A DNA stretch of 62,956 bases, filler included. It is 6 parts of 6 records of this genome, joined end to end, with 100 filler letters (N's around TTAATTAATTAA, not from the genome) between each part and the next. Parts side by side here need not be neighbours in the genome. Positions count along the whole stretch, not along the records: positions 33,501 to 42,405 come from SRR20825006_2629; positions 42,506 to 48,461 come from SRR20825006_2632; positions 48,562 to 57,484 come from SRR20825006_2635; 3 more parts are not named here. One strand, 5' to 3'. Made by a program: the position numbers and the translations under genes. Positions 39,977-50,033 of this stretch are shown here, one piece after another (the first letter of the stretch is position 1; each line of letters opens with the position of its first letter). The notes beneath the pieces are model-generated. The model made no database searches. It was not told where the DNA came from and was given only the letters and a program-made list of their open reading frames with translations.

Positions 39977-40039
39977 TCGAGCGGGCGCCTTGCCTATATA
40001 TGGCAGCAATGATTTCTCGAAGACACCGAAAGGAATGCG

Positions 40040-41140
40040 ATGCCTTGGGAGAATAATGGTGGCGGAGGCGGCCGCAATAGTGGCGGCCCGTGGGGCCAGG
40101 CGCCAGGGGGAGGCGGGGGCGGTCCACGCCGTCCGGGTAACAACACTCCCAATCTCGAAGACATTCTGAACCGCGGACGCGCTCAGTTTGGTGGCGGATT
40201 GCCGGGGGGACGCTGGCTTTTGGTCGGTGGTGTGCTGCTTCTGGGCGCTTTCTGGGTGGTCAATTCGGTCTACACTGTCGAAGAAGCCGAAGTCGGTGTT
40301 GAATTCCGCCTGGGCGCGCCCAAGCAGGAATTGTCGACTGCGGGTCTGCACTTCCATCTCTGGCCGATTGAAACGGTCGAGAAGGTGAACACCTCGCAGA
40401 ACCAGACCTCGATCGGAACAGCGACCGGTGCCGGTTCGCGCGCGAACGCCGATGACGGGCTGATGCTTTCGGGCGACCAGAACATCGTCGATGTACGCTT
40501 TGCCGTGCTTTGGTCGGTGGGCAATCCGATCGACTATGTGATCAATGTCCGCGACCCCGAGGAAATGGTGCGCAACGCCGCGGAAAGCGCGATGCGCGAA
40601 ATCGTTGGCCGTCGTCCGGCGCAGGATATTTTCCGTGACGACCGCGCCGGGATCGCCATCGAGGTGCAGCAGATCACCCAGGACATTCTCGATTCCTACG
40701 GCATGGGCGTTTCGGTGCAGCAGATCTCGATCGAGAATGCCGCTCCGCCGTCCGAAGTGGCTGATGCCTTCAACGAAGTGCAGCGTGCCGAACAGGACGA
40801 AGACCGTCTGCAGGAAGAAGCCCGCTCCTACGCCAACACCCTCCTGGGTGACGCCCGCGGTCAGGCCGCAGCGCTGCGCGAAGAAGCTGCGGCTTACTCG
40901 AACCGTGTGGTGCAGGAAGCAACCGGTGAGGCCGAGCGCTTCAACGCGGTCTATGCCGAATATGTCAACGCACCCGAAGTGACCCGCAAGCGTCTGTTCC
41001 TGGAAACCATGGAACAGGTGCTGGGCGCCTCCGAAAAGGTGCTGGTCGAGAATGGTGCCGGTGGTTCGGGCGTCGTGCCCTATCTGCCGCTGCCTGAACT
41101 GCGCTCCCGCACCAATGCAAACGCCGGTACGGGGGAGTAA
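40040..41140 (+). CDS. hflK: FtsH protease modulator HflK
   Basis: MPW Gly-rich N-terminus, MLSGDQNIVDV, APEVTRKRLFLETME. Confidence 0.95.
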   Translation: MPWENNGGGGGRNSGGPWGQAPGGGGGGPRRPGNNTPNLEDILNRGRAQFGGGLPGGRWLLVGGVLLLGAFWVVNSVYTVEEAEVGVEFRLGAPKQELSTAGLHFHLWPIETVEKVNTSQNQTSIGTATGAGSRANADDGLMLSGDQNIVDVRFAVLWSVGNPIDYVINVRDPEEMVRNAAESAMREIVGRRPAQDIFRDDRAGIAIEVQQITQDILDSYGMGVSVQQISIENAAPPSEVADAFNEVQRAEQDEDRLQEEARSYANTLLGDARGQAAALREEAAAYSNRVVQEATGEAERFNAVYAEYVNAPEVTRKRLFLETMEQVLGASEKVLVENGAGGSGVVPYLPLPELRSRTNANAGTGE

Positions 41141-41143
41141 GCC

Positions 41144-42259
41144 ATGAGCAATCGTCTCTTTATCATTGGCGCCGTCGTGGTGGCGGCCCTCTATGTGCTG
41201 TTCTCCTCGATCTATGTGGTCAACGAGCGTGAGCAGGCCATTGTTCTGCGTTTCGGCCAGATCACCGATGTGCGCAGCGAGCCGGGTCTGTATTTCAAGA
41301 TCCCGACCGATATCGTGGATAGCGTGCAGATCATCGAAGATCGTCTGCTGCGTCAGGATATCGCCGACATGACCGTTCAGGTCTCGGGCGGCGCCTTCTA
41401 CGAGGTGGACGCTTTCCTGACCTACAAGATCGTCGATCCGGTGCTGTTCCGCCAGCGGGCTCTTGGCCAGTTGTCGGTCGCCCAGGATCGTATCGCCACG
41501 CGTTTCGACGCTGCCCTGCGTCAGGTCTATGGTCTGCGTGAGTTCAATGCGGCTCTCTCCGAGCAGCGCCCGCAGATGATGGACGAAGCGCGCGACCTGA
41601 TCCGTCCGGAAATGGCCGCGCTGGGTATCGACATCGTCGATGTGCGCATTCTGCGGACCGATCTTGCGGATGAAGTGTCCGAGCGGACCTATGAGCGCAT
41701 GCGTGCCGAACGTCTGGCTGAGGCTGCGCTGCTGCGTGCCCGCGGTCAGGAACAGGCACAGAGCCTGCGCGCCATTGCTGAACGTCAGGCGGTGGAAATC
41801 GTCGCTGCAGCCACACGCGATGCCGAAATCATCCGTGGTACGGGCGACGCCGAACGGAACCGCATTTTTGCCTCGGCTTATGGGCAGGACGCGGAATTCT
41901 TCGAGTTTTATCGCTCGATGGAATCCTACCGGACGGCGCTGGGCAATACCGGCACCACCATGGTCCTCTCGCCTGATAGCGCCTTCTTCCGCTACTTCGG
42001 TTCGGACGGCGAAATTCCGGCGGCCAGCACAAGCTTTGCCACGCCGCTGCCGCAGCAATCGGCGCCTCAGCCCAGCACCAGCTCGGACGAGCCGGCACTG
42101 GATGGCCTGGGCATCGAGGAAACCGTGGCGCCGACCATGACGCTGGACGATGGTTCGGAACTCTCGCCGACTGTTGGCACCGAGGCCCCGCCGCCGGCCG
42201 AGGAGACTCCGCCTTCGGTCGATGGAGCAACCCCGACTGAAGCGCCAGCCAGCCAGTAG
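41144..42259 (+). CDS. hflC: FtsH protease modulator HflC with acidic Pro-rich C-terminal extension
   Basis: EPGLYFKIP, YERMRAER, FFEFYRSMESY, LSPDSAFFRYF. Confidence 0.95.
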   Translation: MSNRLFIIGAVVVAALYVLFSSIYVVNEREQAIVLRFGQITDVRSEPGLYFKIPTDIVDSVQIIEDRLLRQDIADMTVQVSGGAFYEVDAFLTYKIVDPVLFRQRALGQLSVAQDRIATRFDAALRQVYGLREFNAALSEQRPQMMDEARDLIRPEMAALGIDIVDVRILRTDLADEVSERTYERMRAERLAEAALLRARGQEQAQSLRAIAERQAVEIVAAATRDAEIIRGTGDAERNRIFASAYGQDAEFFEFYRSMESYRTALGNTGTTMVLSPDSAFFRYFGSDGEIPAASTSFATPLPQQSAPQPSTSSDEPALDGLGIEETVAPTMTLDDGSELSPTVGTEAPPPAEETPPSVDGATPTEAPASQ

Positions 42260-42277
42260 ACCAACGGCACGTCAACA

Positions 42278-42309
42278 AAAGGCCGGCGCAGGAAACTGCG
42301 CCGGCCTTT
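42278..42309 (+). terminator. Intrinsic terminator after hflC
   Basis: AAAGGCCGGCGCAG-GAAA-CTGCGCCGGCCTTT. Confidence 0.85.
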
Positions 42310-42326
42310 GCTATTGGAGGGGGTAA

Positions 42327-42405
42327 CTAGAGCATTTCACCTTTCAATCAAACGGTGAGGTCGCTCCAAGTCTTTGTTTTGTCGCGTTTCCGAACCGCAA
42401 AACCG
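42327..42405. repeat. Hyphomicrobiales palindromic intergenic repeat (BRU-RS/RIME-like), truncated at contig end
   Basis: Starts CTAGAGCATTT..., ends ...GTCGCGTTTCCGAACCGCAAAACCG; resembles recalled CTAGAGCAT...ATGCTCTAG elements. Confidence 0.55.
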
Positions 42406-42505
42406 NNNNNNNNNNNNNNNNNNNNNNNNNNNNNNNNNNNNNNNNNNNNTTAATTAATTAANNNNNNNNNNNNNNNNNNNNNNNNNNNNNNNNNNNNNNN
42501 NNNNN
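42406..42505. other. Artificial contig spacer
   Basis: N44-TTAATTAATTAA-N44; composition switches from GC-rich to AT-rich. Confidence 0.99.
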
Positions 42506-42524
42506 GACAAGCTCAGTTTGACAA
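42506..42524. repeat. Remnant of REP-like element at contig start
   Basis: GACAAGCTCAGTTTGAC resembles (TTC)GACAAGCTCAG..TGAC REP arms. Confidence 0.45.
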
Positions 42525-42589
42525 CTATGAATTACTTTTTGACAGCCTACTATTAATTATTTCCTTGTAATAAAAACCCTCTATGAGGA

Positions 42590-44971
42590 TTAAAAAGTAA
42601 TTGTAGCACCAACTAGAAAGTTAATTCCAGCTTGCGGATAATACCCAGCTCCATCAAAAGTAGTAGTAGAACCATCGTCATTACCAACATCATACGTATA
42701 ATAATATCCATTAGAGATGTATTTAGCATCAAAAATATTGTTTACCAAGCCACTTAATACAATGGATTTAAAAAAACTTTCCGTCTCAATGGTGTATTGC
42801 ACATTAAAATCGTTTACAAAATAACTATCCAATTTTGAACTTTCGGCATCGGTATTCCCTAAATATTGCTCAGAAACATATTTAGAAAGGAAAGACAATT
42901 GTAAATTTCTAATGGGTAAATAAGTAAAGTTATTTCCTGCAACAAAATTAGGAGAATACGATATATTGGTATGTCCTAAATCTTGCACTTCTCCATCTAT
43001 TTGAGAATAAAAATCTAGATTCTTATTAGTACTTAATGCTAAATTAGGTTTAAGCAAAAACTTATCAGCAAAGAAAAAAGTAGCATCTACTTCAAGTCCT
43101 AATCGGTAGCTATCGCCCACATTTTTACGTAATGGCGCTCCAACATCGTTTAACTCCCCTGTTAACACCAACTGGTTTTTATAACGCATATAGTACGTAT
43201 TTGCGTTTACTTTAATTGTTGGCGAAGCATAGCGCCATCCTAATTCAAAATCGTTTAAAGTTTCTGGCTCTGGACTTCCACTTTCGTAATCGTTACGATT
43301 AGGCTCTCTATTGGCACGGGCATAAGAAAAATATAAGTTATTGGCTTCATTAAGACTGTACGTAAGTCCTGCTTTCGGATTAAAAAAGTCAAATTCATCG
43401 TCTACCAAACCTGTATCATCTCCATTAGCTTGGTAAGTTACACGGCGGTATTGCAAATCTCCATAAAGACTTAAATTATCAGTCAATTTATAATTTAACT
43501 TTGCAAAACTATTAAAGTCGGTTTTTGTTGAGTTATCATCATAATAGCGATCTCTAATTTCACTATCGCCAGCATAACGTGCCCAAATAATTTCCCCGAA
43601 ATGGTCGCCTTCATATTTATTCCAAGCGCCACCAGCTATAAATTCCATCGTTTCATTTTCGTAAGTTACAGAAAAGGTAGTCCCATAAAAATGATTACTA
43701 AGCCATCTACGGCGAATTAAATCTGTAGTATTTACCAAATCCCCATCTATGGTAACTGGCTCAAATCCGTAGGTTGCAAAATCATCATCTTGGCGGTATT
43801 GCTCAAAAAATCCGCGTCCACGGGTGTAGTGAATCGCTAGATTTGTATTCCAATTTGCAGAAACTTGTTCATTCCAATGCAATTGAAAATGGTCTTGTTT
43901 ATAATCGTCTACTTCATTATCATAATAATCCACCACATTTTCATCTTCATCATAAATAGCTCCAGCACTATTAAAAGTCCTTCCATATTGCTCTATTTGC
44001 CAGTCTTCAACTCCGTTCCACGACTGGTACGTAATTTCATGTCCGCCAAAAACGAGCGCTTTAATCAAGGTATTATCGTCCACATAAGCCCCTTGTAAAA
44101 AGTATGATTCCAAATCGGAGGCAGCTCTATCTATATATCCATCAGATTTTATTCGAGACAAACGCCCAGAAACTTCTATATGGTTATTAAGCAGGCCACT
44201 GCTAAATTTTATATTTGCTTTTCGGGTATCAAAACTCCCAACAGAACCAGAAATCTCGGCATAAGGATCTTTATTTACAGCATCCGTTAATAAATTTAAA
44301 CTCGCTCCAAAAGCTCCAGCACCATTAGTAGAAGTTCCAACTCCACGTTGCAATTGTAAATTCTCAACAGAAGATGCAAAATCGGGCATATTCACCCAAA
44401 AACTACCATGAGATTCCGAATCGTTATATGGGATTCCATTGATGGTTACATTGACACGGGTAGCATCACTCCCACGCACCCGAATTCCAGTGTATCCAAC
44501 ACCAGCTCCAGCATCGGAAGTGGTTACCACCGACGGTAAATACCCCATTAAAACAGGGATATCTTGTCCTAAATTTCTAGGTGCAATATCTTCCGCAGAA
44601 AGATTTGAAAAAGTTACTGGAGTATCACTAGTTACCCTAATTGCAGAAACCAAAACCTCATCCAACATAACATCGTCTTCAGAAATTTGCACATTAAGTA
44701 CCATATCTTCTGTAACATTAATTGTTTTTGTAATTGGATTTTGCGCTGAAAATGTAAAAACTAAAACTTGCTTTCCTTGTGGAACAGCTAATTCATAATA
44801 TCCATCTGCATCCGTCTGCGTACCATTATTGGTATTTTCTAAAATTACCGTAGCTCCAGGAACACCAACATTTTCTTGATCGGTAAAGGTTCCTGATACT
44901 TTAAATTCTTGGGCAGAACTCAATTCGACTCCTAGAAATAAAAGACTTAAAAATGTGAATAAAAACTTCAT
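42590..44971 (-). CDS. TonB-dependent receptor, probable thiamine importer
   Basis: Carboxypeptidase-regulatory-like N-domain, plug SDAGAGVGYTGIRVRGSD, QRGVGTSTNG, terminal Phe; TPP riboswitch upstream. Confidence 0.88.
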   Translation of the reverse strand: MKFLFTFLSLLFLGVELSSAQEFKVSGTFTDQENVGVPGATVILENTNNGTQTDADGYYELAVPQGKQVLVFTFSAQNPITKTINVTEDMVLNVQISEDDVMLDEVLVSAIRVTSDTPVTFSNLSAEDIAPRNLGQDIPVLMGYLPSVVTTSDAGAGVGYTGIRVRGSDATRVNVTINGIPYNDSESHGSFWVNMPDFASSVENLQLQRGVGTSTNGAGAFGASLNLLTDAVNKDPYAEISGSVGSFDTRKANIKFSSGLLNNHIEVSGRLSRIKSDGYIDRAASDLESYFLQGAYVDDNTLIKALVFGGHEITYQSWNGVEDWQIEQYGRTFNSAGAIYDEDENVVDYYDNEVDDYKQDHFQLHWNEQVSANWNTNLAIHYTRGRGFFEQYRQDDDFATYGFEPVTIDGDLVNTTDLIRRRWLSNHFYGTTFSVTYENETMEFIAGGAWNKYEGDHFGEIIWARYAGDSEIRDRYYDDNSTKTDFNSFAKLNYKLTDNLSLYGDLQYRRVTYQANGDDTGLVDDEFDFFNPKAGLTYSLNEANNLYFSYARANREPNRNDYESGSPEPETLNDFELGWRYASPTIKVNANTYYMRYKNQLVLTGELNDVGAPLRKNVGDSYRLGLEVDATFFFADKFLLKPNLALSTNKNLDFYSQIDGEVQDLGHTNISYSPNFVAGNNFTYLPIRNLQLSFLSKYVSEQYLGNTDAESSKLDSYFVNDFNVQYTIETESFFKSIVLSGLVNNIFDAKYISNGYYYTYDVGNDDGSTTTFDGAGYYPQAGINFLVGATITF

Positions 44972-45135
44972 TCGTAATTGTTTTACGAATAAAAGGGGTT
45001 ATTATTCTTTAGTTTGATTAAAATTAATTTGTTGCCTACAAAGCTTCGGGAAAATATTTCTTCCCAACTCCACTCAAAAAGACAGTTGTTTATTAACTCC
45101 TTTTCGAATTTATATTTAAAACCGCTTTTAAACTC

Positions 45136-45243
45136 GGCCATCCCTAAACAGCATTACCTGTTCTAGGTTCCATGGGTATAATCTCAGCCTTTTTTTAGTT
45201 GAAAAATATAAAATTTAACCCCTAAAAAGCACCCCTTATGAGA
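45136..45243 (-). ncRNA. TPP riboswitch
   Basis: Minus strand AGGGGTGC...GGCTGAGATTATACCCATGGAACCTAGAACAGGTAATGCTGTTTAGGGA. Confidence 0.9.
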
Positions 45244-45334
45244 TGCCGCAAAATTACAAAACGAATGCTGGTTTCGGAAAATATTTTGACAAAAATTTCA
45301 CATCGGTTTGACGTCCTTTATTTATCTTTAAAAA

Positions 45335-47800
45335 ATGGAAAATTCGAAGAGCAGAATCCCTTTAAAAGTATTGCTGAGCTATTTAGCTTTGGTTTCTCTA
45401 GTTGTAATTGTTGGCTGGTTGGTATATCAAGAGATAAGTTCTTTTACCCAAGCGCAAAAAGATGAAACTATTGAAAAAAATAAGATCCTTCGTATAGGTA
45501 AACTCCTTACTCTTATGTACGAAAGTGAAAGCTTTGCGCGTTCGGCTATTCAATCAAATTCTCAACAACCTTATGTAAGTTTTCTTCGGAAGAATGACTC
45601 TATTTCCATACAAATAGATTCCTTAAAACAAATTATAAATCAGCCATATCAATCCAAATTACTAGATAGTGTTAATTTTTTACTTCAGCAGAAAATAAAG
45701 AACATCAACGAACTTAGAGAGCTTAGGATTAACGACACCTCTGAAAAAACAATTGAAAGTGCTATTGAAAAACTTTCAAATATAGAAGATCAACTAGGGC
45801 GACTTTCCTTAAAAGATTTTGTAGCAAACCCCGATAGTTTAGATCTTGAAACAAAGAAAAAGTTATTAGAATTTATTGCTATTAATAATAGGTATATTCC
45901 TAGAGACTCCAGTAATTCTGTTGATGAACGAACCCTAGATTCTATTGTTACTGCTTCTAGAGAAATGCTTCAAAATGTAAAAGAAAAAGCCTCAACACAA
46001 AAGCTTTCTTTGGCAATTAAAGAGCGTCAATTACTAAGAAACGACCTCACTACTTCTCAACAATTACGTCAAATACTAACGGCTTTTGAAAACGAATTTG
46101 TAAATAATGCCCGTATATTAAATGTTGAAAGAGAGCGTGTACTTCAGCGAAGCATTAAGGTTATTACAATTGCAGCCATTATTGGTGCGATTTTAGTGAT
46201 TGTTTTTTCAATTATTATTTTAAGAGATTCCTGGCGAAGTCAGCAATACAAAAGGCAAATTGAAGATTCTAATGAGCATAATAAACTTTTAGTAAAAAGC
46301 AGGGAACAGCTTATTTCTATGGTTAGTCACGACTTAAGAACTCCTTTAAGTACAATTTTGGGGTATACCGAACTTCTTAAAGATGCCAATTTGAACGAAA
46401 AAGAATCTCATTATACCGACCGTATAAAAAATGCTTCTAGCTATGTTACACAATTGGTTGATGATTTACTAGATTTTACAAAACTAGAAGCTGGAAAAAT
46501 TAATATTGAACACGTAGCTTTTAATCTGAATACCCTAATTACGGAAACTGCAGAAGGTGTACAATCTATCTATAGTGCAAAAAATATAAATCTGATAATT
46601 GACATCGACAAATCAATAAATAAACATTTAATAGGAGATCCCTTCCGAGTAAAACAAATTTTATCAAACCTCATAGGGAATGCCTATAAATTTACAGAAG
46701 AAGGGAGTATAACCGTTAAAGTAAGATTAAAAACTACAAGCGAAAATGAACAGTTAATTTCTATTTCTGTTATTGATACTGGGATAGGAATTAAAAAAGA
46801 AAAGCAACATATTATTTTTGAAGAGTTTACACAAGCCGACGGTAACACCGAAAAAAAATATGGAGGAAGCGGACTAGGGTTAACTATTTCTAGAAAGCTT
46901 GCTTCGTTATTGGGCGGAAGTTTATATTTAGAAAGTAAAGAAGGAAAAGGTAGTACTTTTTCATTTGTTTTTCCTGCAAAATTTAGCAGTAAAGATGTGA
47001 TTATAAAAAATGTTGAAAATCCCGATTTTACTATTCTCAATAAAAAATACACTGCTATTGTTATAGATGATGATGAAACGCTCCTGAAACTAAATAAAGA
47101 AATTCTAGAAAAAAATAATTTTAAAGTATTTGCTTTTGATAGTGGTAAAAAAGCGCTTGATAAGATTAAAAGTATTGAATATGATTTTATTGTAACCGAT
47201 ATTCAATTACCATCTTTTAACGGATTTTATTTTGCTGAAACCTTACGTTCTGATAAACAATACGGATATAACAACCAACCAATTATTGCTGTTACAGGAA
47301 GAAAAGATCTTAATAAAAAAAGTTATATAGAAGCTGGATTTGCCGAATTTTTATTCAAGCCTTATGAACCAAAATCTTTACTACACAAAATTTCTAAAGT
47401 TTTAGATAACACGCAAGAAACTGCTGAAAATGAAGAAGAAACGGAGACAACTATCAAAAAAAATACCCTTTTTGATCTTTCCTCTTTAAGTTCTTTTTTG
47501 AGTGATGACGAAGCCATGTTAGACATCTTAGAGGTGTTTAAAGAGAATACTTCTAAAGACCTAAAAGATTTAAAAACGTATATAGCGAAAGAAAATTTAG
47601 AGGAAATCCGAAAAATAGCTCACAAAATGCAAACTATGTTTAAGCAAATAGATGCACAAACAGTAGTGCCTATCCTTAATTTTTTAGAGCATTTCAAAGA
47701 TGAAGAGAAAAAGCAATTACCCTCTAATTACAAAGCTTTAAAAAAGAATATAAAACTAACTTTTTCGGCTATCGATAAGCATCTTAAAAACAACAAGTAA
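45335..47800 (+). CDS. Hybrid sensor histidine kinase (HisKA-HATPase-REC-HPt)
   Basis: 2 TM, SHDLRTPL, NLIGNAYKFT, GGSGLGL, VTDIQLP, HPt AHKM. Confidence 0.92.
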   Translation: MENSKSRIPLKVLLSYLALVSLVVIVGWLVYQEISSFTQAQKDETIEKNKILRIGKLLTLMYESESFARSAIQSNSQQPYVSFLRKNDSISIQIDSLKQIINQPYQSKLLDSVNFLLQQKIKNINELRELRINDTSEKTIESAIEKLSNIEDQLGRLSLKDFVANPDSLDLETKKKLLEFIAINNRYIPRDSSNSVDERTLDSIVTASREMLQNVKEKASTQKLSLAIKERQLLRNDLTTSQQLRQILTAFENEFVNNARILNVERERVLQRSIKVITIAAIIGAILVIVFSIIILRDSWRSQQYKRQIEDSNEHNKLLVKSREQLISMVSHDLRTPLSTILGYTELLKDANLNEKESHYTDRIKNASSYVTQLVDDLLDFTKLEAGKINIEHVAFNLNTLITETAEGVQSIYSAKNINLIIDIDKSINKHLIGDPFRVKQILSNLIGNAYKFTEEGSITVKVRLKTTSENEQLISISVIDTGIGIKKEKQHIIFEEFTQADGNTEKKYGGSGLGLTISRKLASLLGGSLYLESKEGKGSTFSFVFPAKFSSKDVIIKNVENPDFTILNKKYTAIVIDDDETLLKLNKEILEKNNFKVFAFDSGKKALDKIKSIEYDFIVTDIQLPSFNGFYFAETLRSDKQYGYNNQPIIAVTGRKDLNKKSYIEAGFAEFLFKPYEPKSLLHKISKVLDNTQETAENEEETETTIKKNTLFDLSSLSSFLSDDEAMLDILEVFKENTSKDLKDLKTYIAKENLEEIRKIAHKMQTMFKQIDAQTVVPILNFLEHFKDEEKKQLPSNYKALKKNIKLTFSAIDKHLKNNK

Positions 47801-47816
47801 TTATCTTTCTTAGAAA

Positions 47817-48461
47817 CTATGCTTCTATTTCGTATTCTTTAATTTTATTATAAAGTGTTTTACGAGTAATATTAAGTAATCTTGCGGCTTTAGATTTATT
47901 ATTTCCTACTTCATTTAACGCATTTATAATTAAGTCGCGCTCATTATCTTTTGTAGAAAAAGATTTTATATGCTGATTTTCTTTTGGTGGATTTGTAAGT
48001 TCCATTGGTAAAACCGATTTTTCAATCAAATCTCCTTGCGTAAGTAATGCCGATCTTTTTATTACATTGGACATTTCTCGTAAATTTCCTGGCCATTTAT
48101 ATTGCTGAAAAATTGTAATCACTTCATCAGAAAATCCTAATACATTTTTATTAAGCTGCTCATTTGCCATATTCAAAAAATGGTCTGCAAAAATGAGCAA
48201 ATCTTCTTTTCGCTCGTATAAATTAGGCACTTTAATGGTAAATTCGTTCAATCGGTGATAAAGATCTTCTCTAAATTGTCCTTTTTCAACAGCTTGTAAT
48301 AAATCTTCATTAGTAGCTGTAATTAATCTAATATCAACCTCAATCTCTTGATTACTTCCTATCGGTTTGATTTTTCGCTCTTGAAGAGCTCTTAATAACT
48401 GAATTTGATTTTCATAAGATAAATTCCCCACTTCATCTAAAAAAATAGTTCCTCCATTTGC
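47817..48461 (-). CDS. Sigma-54-dependent (NtrC-type) regulator, C-terminal part
   Basis: FLDEVGNL, LLRALQE, FREDLYHRL, WPGNLRE, Fis HTH AARLLNITRKTLYNK. Confidence 0.92.
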   Translation of the reverse strand, partial: ANGGTIFLDEVGNLSYENQIQLLRALQERKIKPIGSNQEIEVDIRLITATNEDLLQAVEKGQFREDLYHRLNEFTIKVPNLYERKEDLLIFADHFLNMANEQLNKNVLGFSDEVITIFQQYKWPGNLREMSNVIKRSALLTQGDLIEKSVLPMELTNPPKENQHIKSFSTKDNERDLIINALNEVGNNKSKAARLLNITRKTLYNKIKEYEIEA

Positions 48462-48561
48462 NNNNNNNNNNNNNNNNNNNNNNNNNNNNNNNNNNNNNNN
48501 NNNNNTTAATTAATTAANNNNNNNNNNNNNNNNNNNNNNNNNNNNNNNNNNNNNNNNNNNN
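48462..48561. other. Artificial contig spacer
   Basis: N44-TTAATTAATTAA-N44. Confidence 0.99.
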
Positions 48562-49841
48562 TGCATCATCTTCATCATTTTACTCATTTGATTGAATTGC
48601 TTCAACAGCTGATTCACTTCTTGAATAGATGTTCCACTCCCTTTGGCAATACGCTTTTTTCTACTTCCGTTTAAAAGAGAAGGATTAGAACGCTCACTTG
48701 GAGTCATAGAATGTATAATGGCTTCCACTCCCTTAAAAGCGTCGTCATCTATATCCATTCCTTTTAAAGCTTTTCCGGCACCAGGAATCATTCCTAGTAA
48801 ATCCTTCATGCTTCCCATCTTTTTTATTTGTTGAATCTGACTTAGGAAGTCATCAAAACCAAACTGATTTTTAGCAATTTTTTTATGAAGTTTTCTAGCC
48901 TCTTCTTCGTCATATTGCTCTTGAGCTCTTTCAACTAAAGAAACCACATCTCCCATTCCAAGGATTCGATCTGCCATACGAGAAGGATAGAAAACATCTA
49001 TTGCATCCATCTTCTCCCCTGTACCAATAAATTTAATTGGCTTATTAACAACAGATTTAATTGACAACGCTGCTCCACCACGAGTATCACCATCTAATTT
49101 GGTAAGAATTACCCCATTAAAATCCAATACATCGTTAAATGCTTTTGCAGTATTTACAGCATCTTGCCCCGTCATAGAATCTACCACAAATAAAGTTTCA
49201 TTTGGTGTAATTGCAGTGTGAATATTAGAAATTTCATTCATCATTTCCTCATCTACTGCCAAACGTCCAGCGGTATCGACAATAACTACATTATGTCCAT
49301 TTGCTTTAGCATGCTCAATCCCTGCTTTTGCAATTGCAACAGGATCTGAATTTCCTTTATCAGAAAAAACTTCCACTCCTATTTGATCTCCTACAACATG
49401 AAGCTGATCAATCGCAGCAGGACGATACACATCACAAGCTACTAAAAGAGGTTTCTTAGTTTTTTTAGTTTTTAGAAAGTTTGCTAGTTTACCAGAAAAG
49501 GTAGTTTTACCCGAACCTTGTAACCCTGCCATTAAAATAACTGATGGACTTCCAGAAAGGTCAACTCCAGCAGCTTCTCCTCCCATTAACTCAATCAACT
49601 CATCTTTAACGAGTTTCACCATCAATTGTCCTGGCTTCAATGTAGTTAATACATCTTGCCCTAAAGCTTTTTCCTTTACAGTATTAGTAAACTCTTTAGC
49701 TGTTTTAAAGTTAACATCGGCATCAAGTAACGCACGACGTACTTCTTTAAGTGTTTCTGCTACGTTTACCTCTGTAATTTGTCCATGTCCTTTTAATACA
49801 TGAAACGCCTTATCTAACTTATCGCTTAAATTATCGAACAT
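48562..49841 (-). CDS. ffh: Signal recognition particle protein Ffh (3' end truncated)
   Basis: GLQGSGKTT, DVYRPAA, DTAGR, TKLDGDTRGG, Met-rich M domain. Confidence 0.97.
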
Positions 49842-50033
49842 ATTGTTTTCCTTCTTTTTAGCCCCTCATTCTTTGGGAAGTGCAAATTTAAGAATTTGGA
49901 TTAGAAGTTGGAAGCTTATTTTAGACTTCTTAGTGTATAGTTTATCAGAAATGTTATATTTTGTAATATTTGAGTTATTTCTACTACAATTTCTAGCCTT
50001 TTTTTACTTCTTTAGACTACAAAAGGCATCAAA

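Noticed and set aside
39368-42058. 896-aa ORF on - strand spanning folA-hflK-hflC
   Set aside because: Antisense shadow from codon bias of three well-conserved genes; no domain signal
4287-49841. ftsY and ffh both lie within ~6-7 kb of a DUF6607/heme locus
   Set aside because: Different organisms, unrelated genes intervene; most likely coincidence
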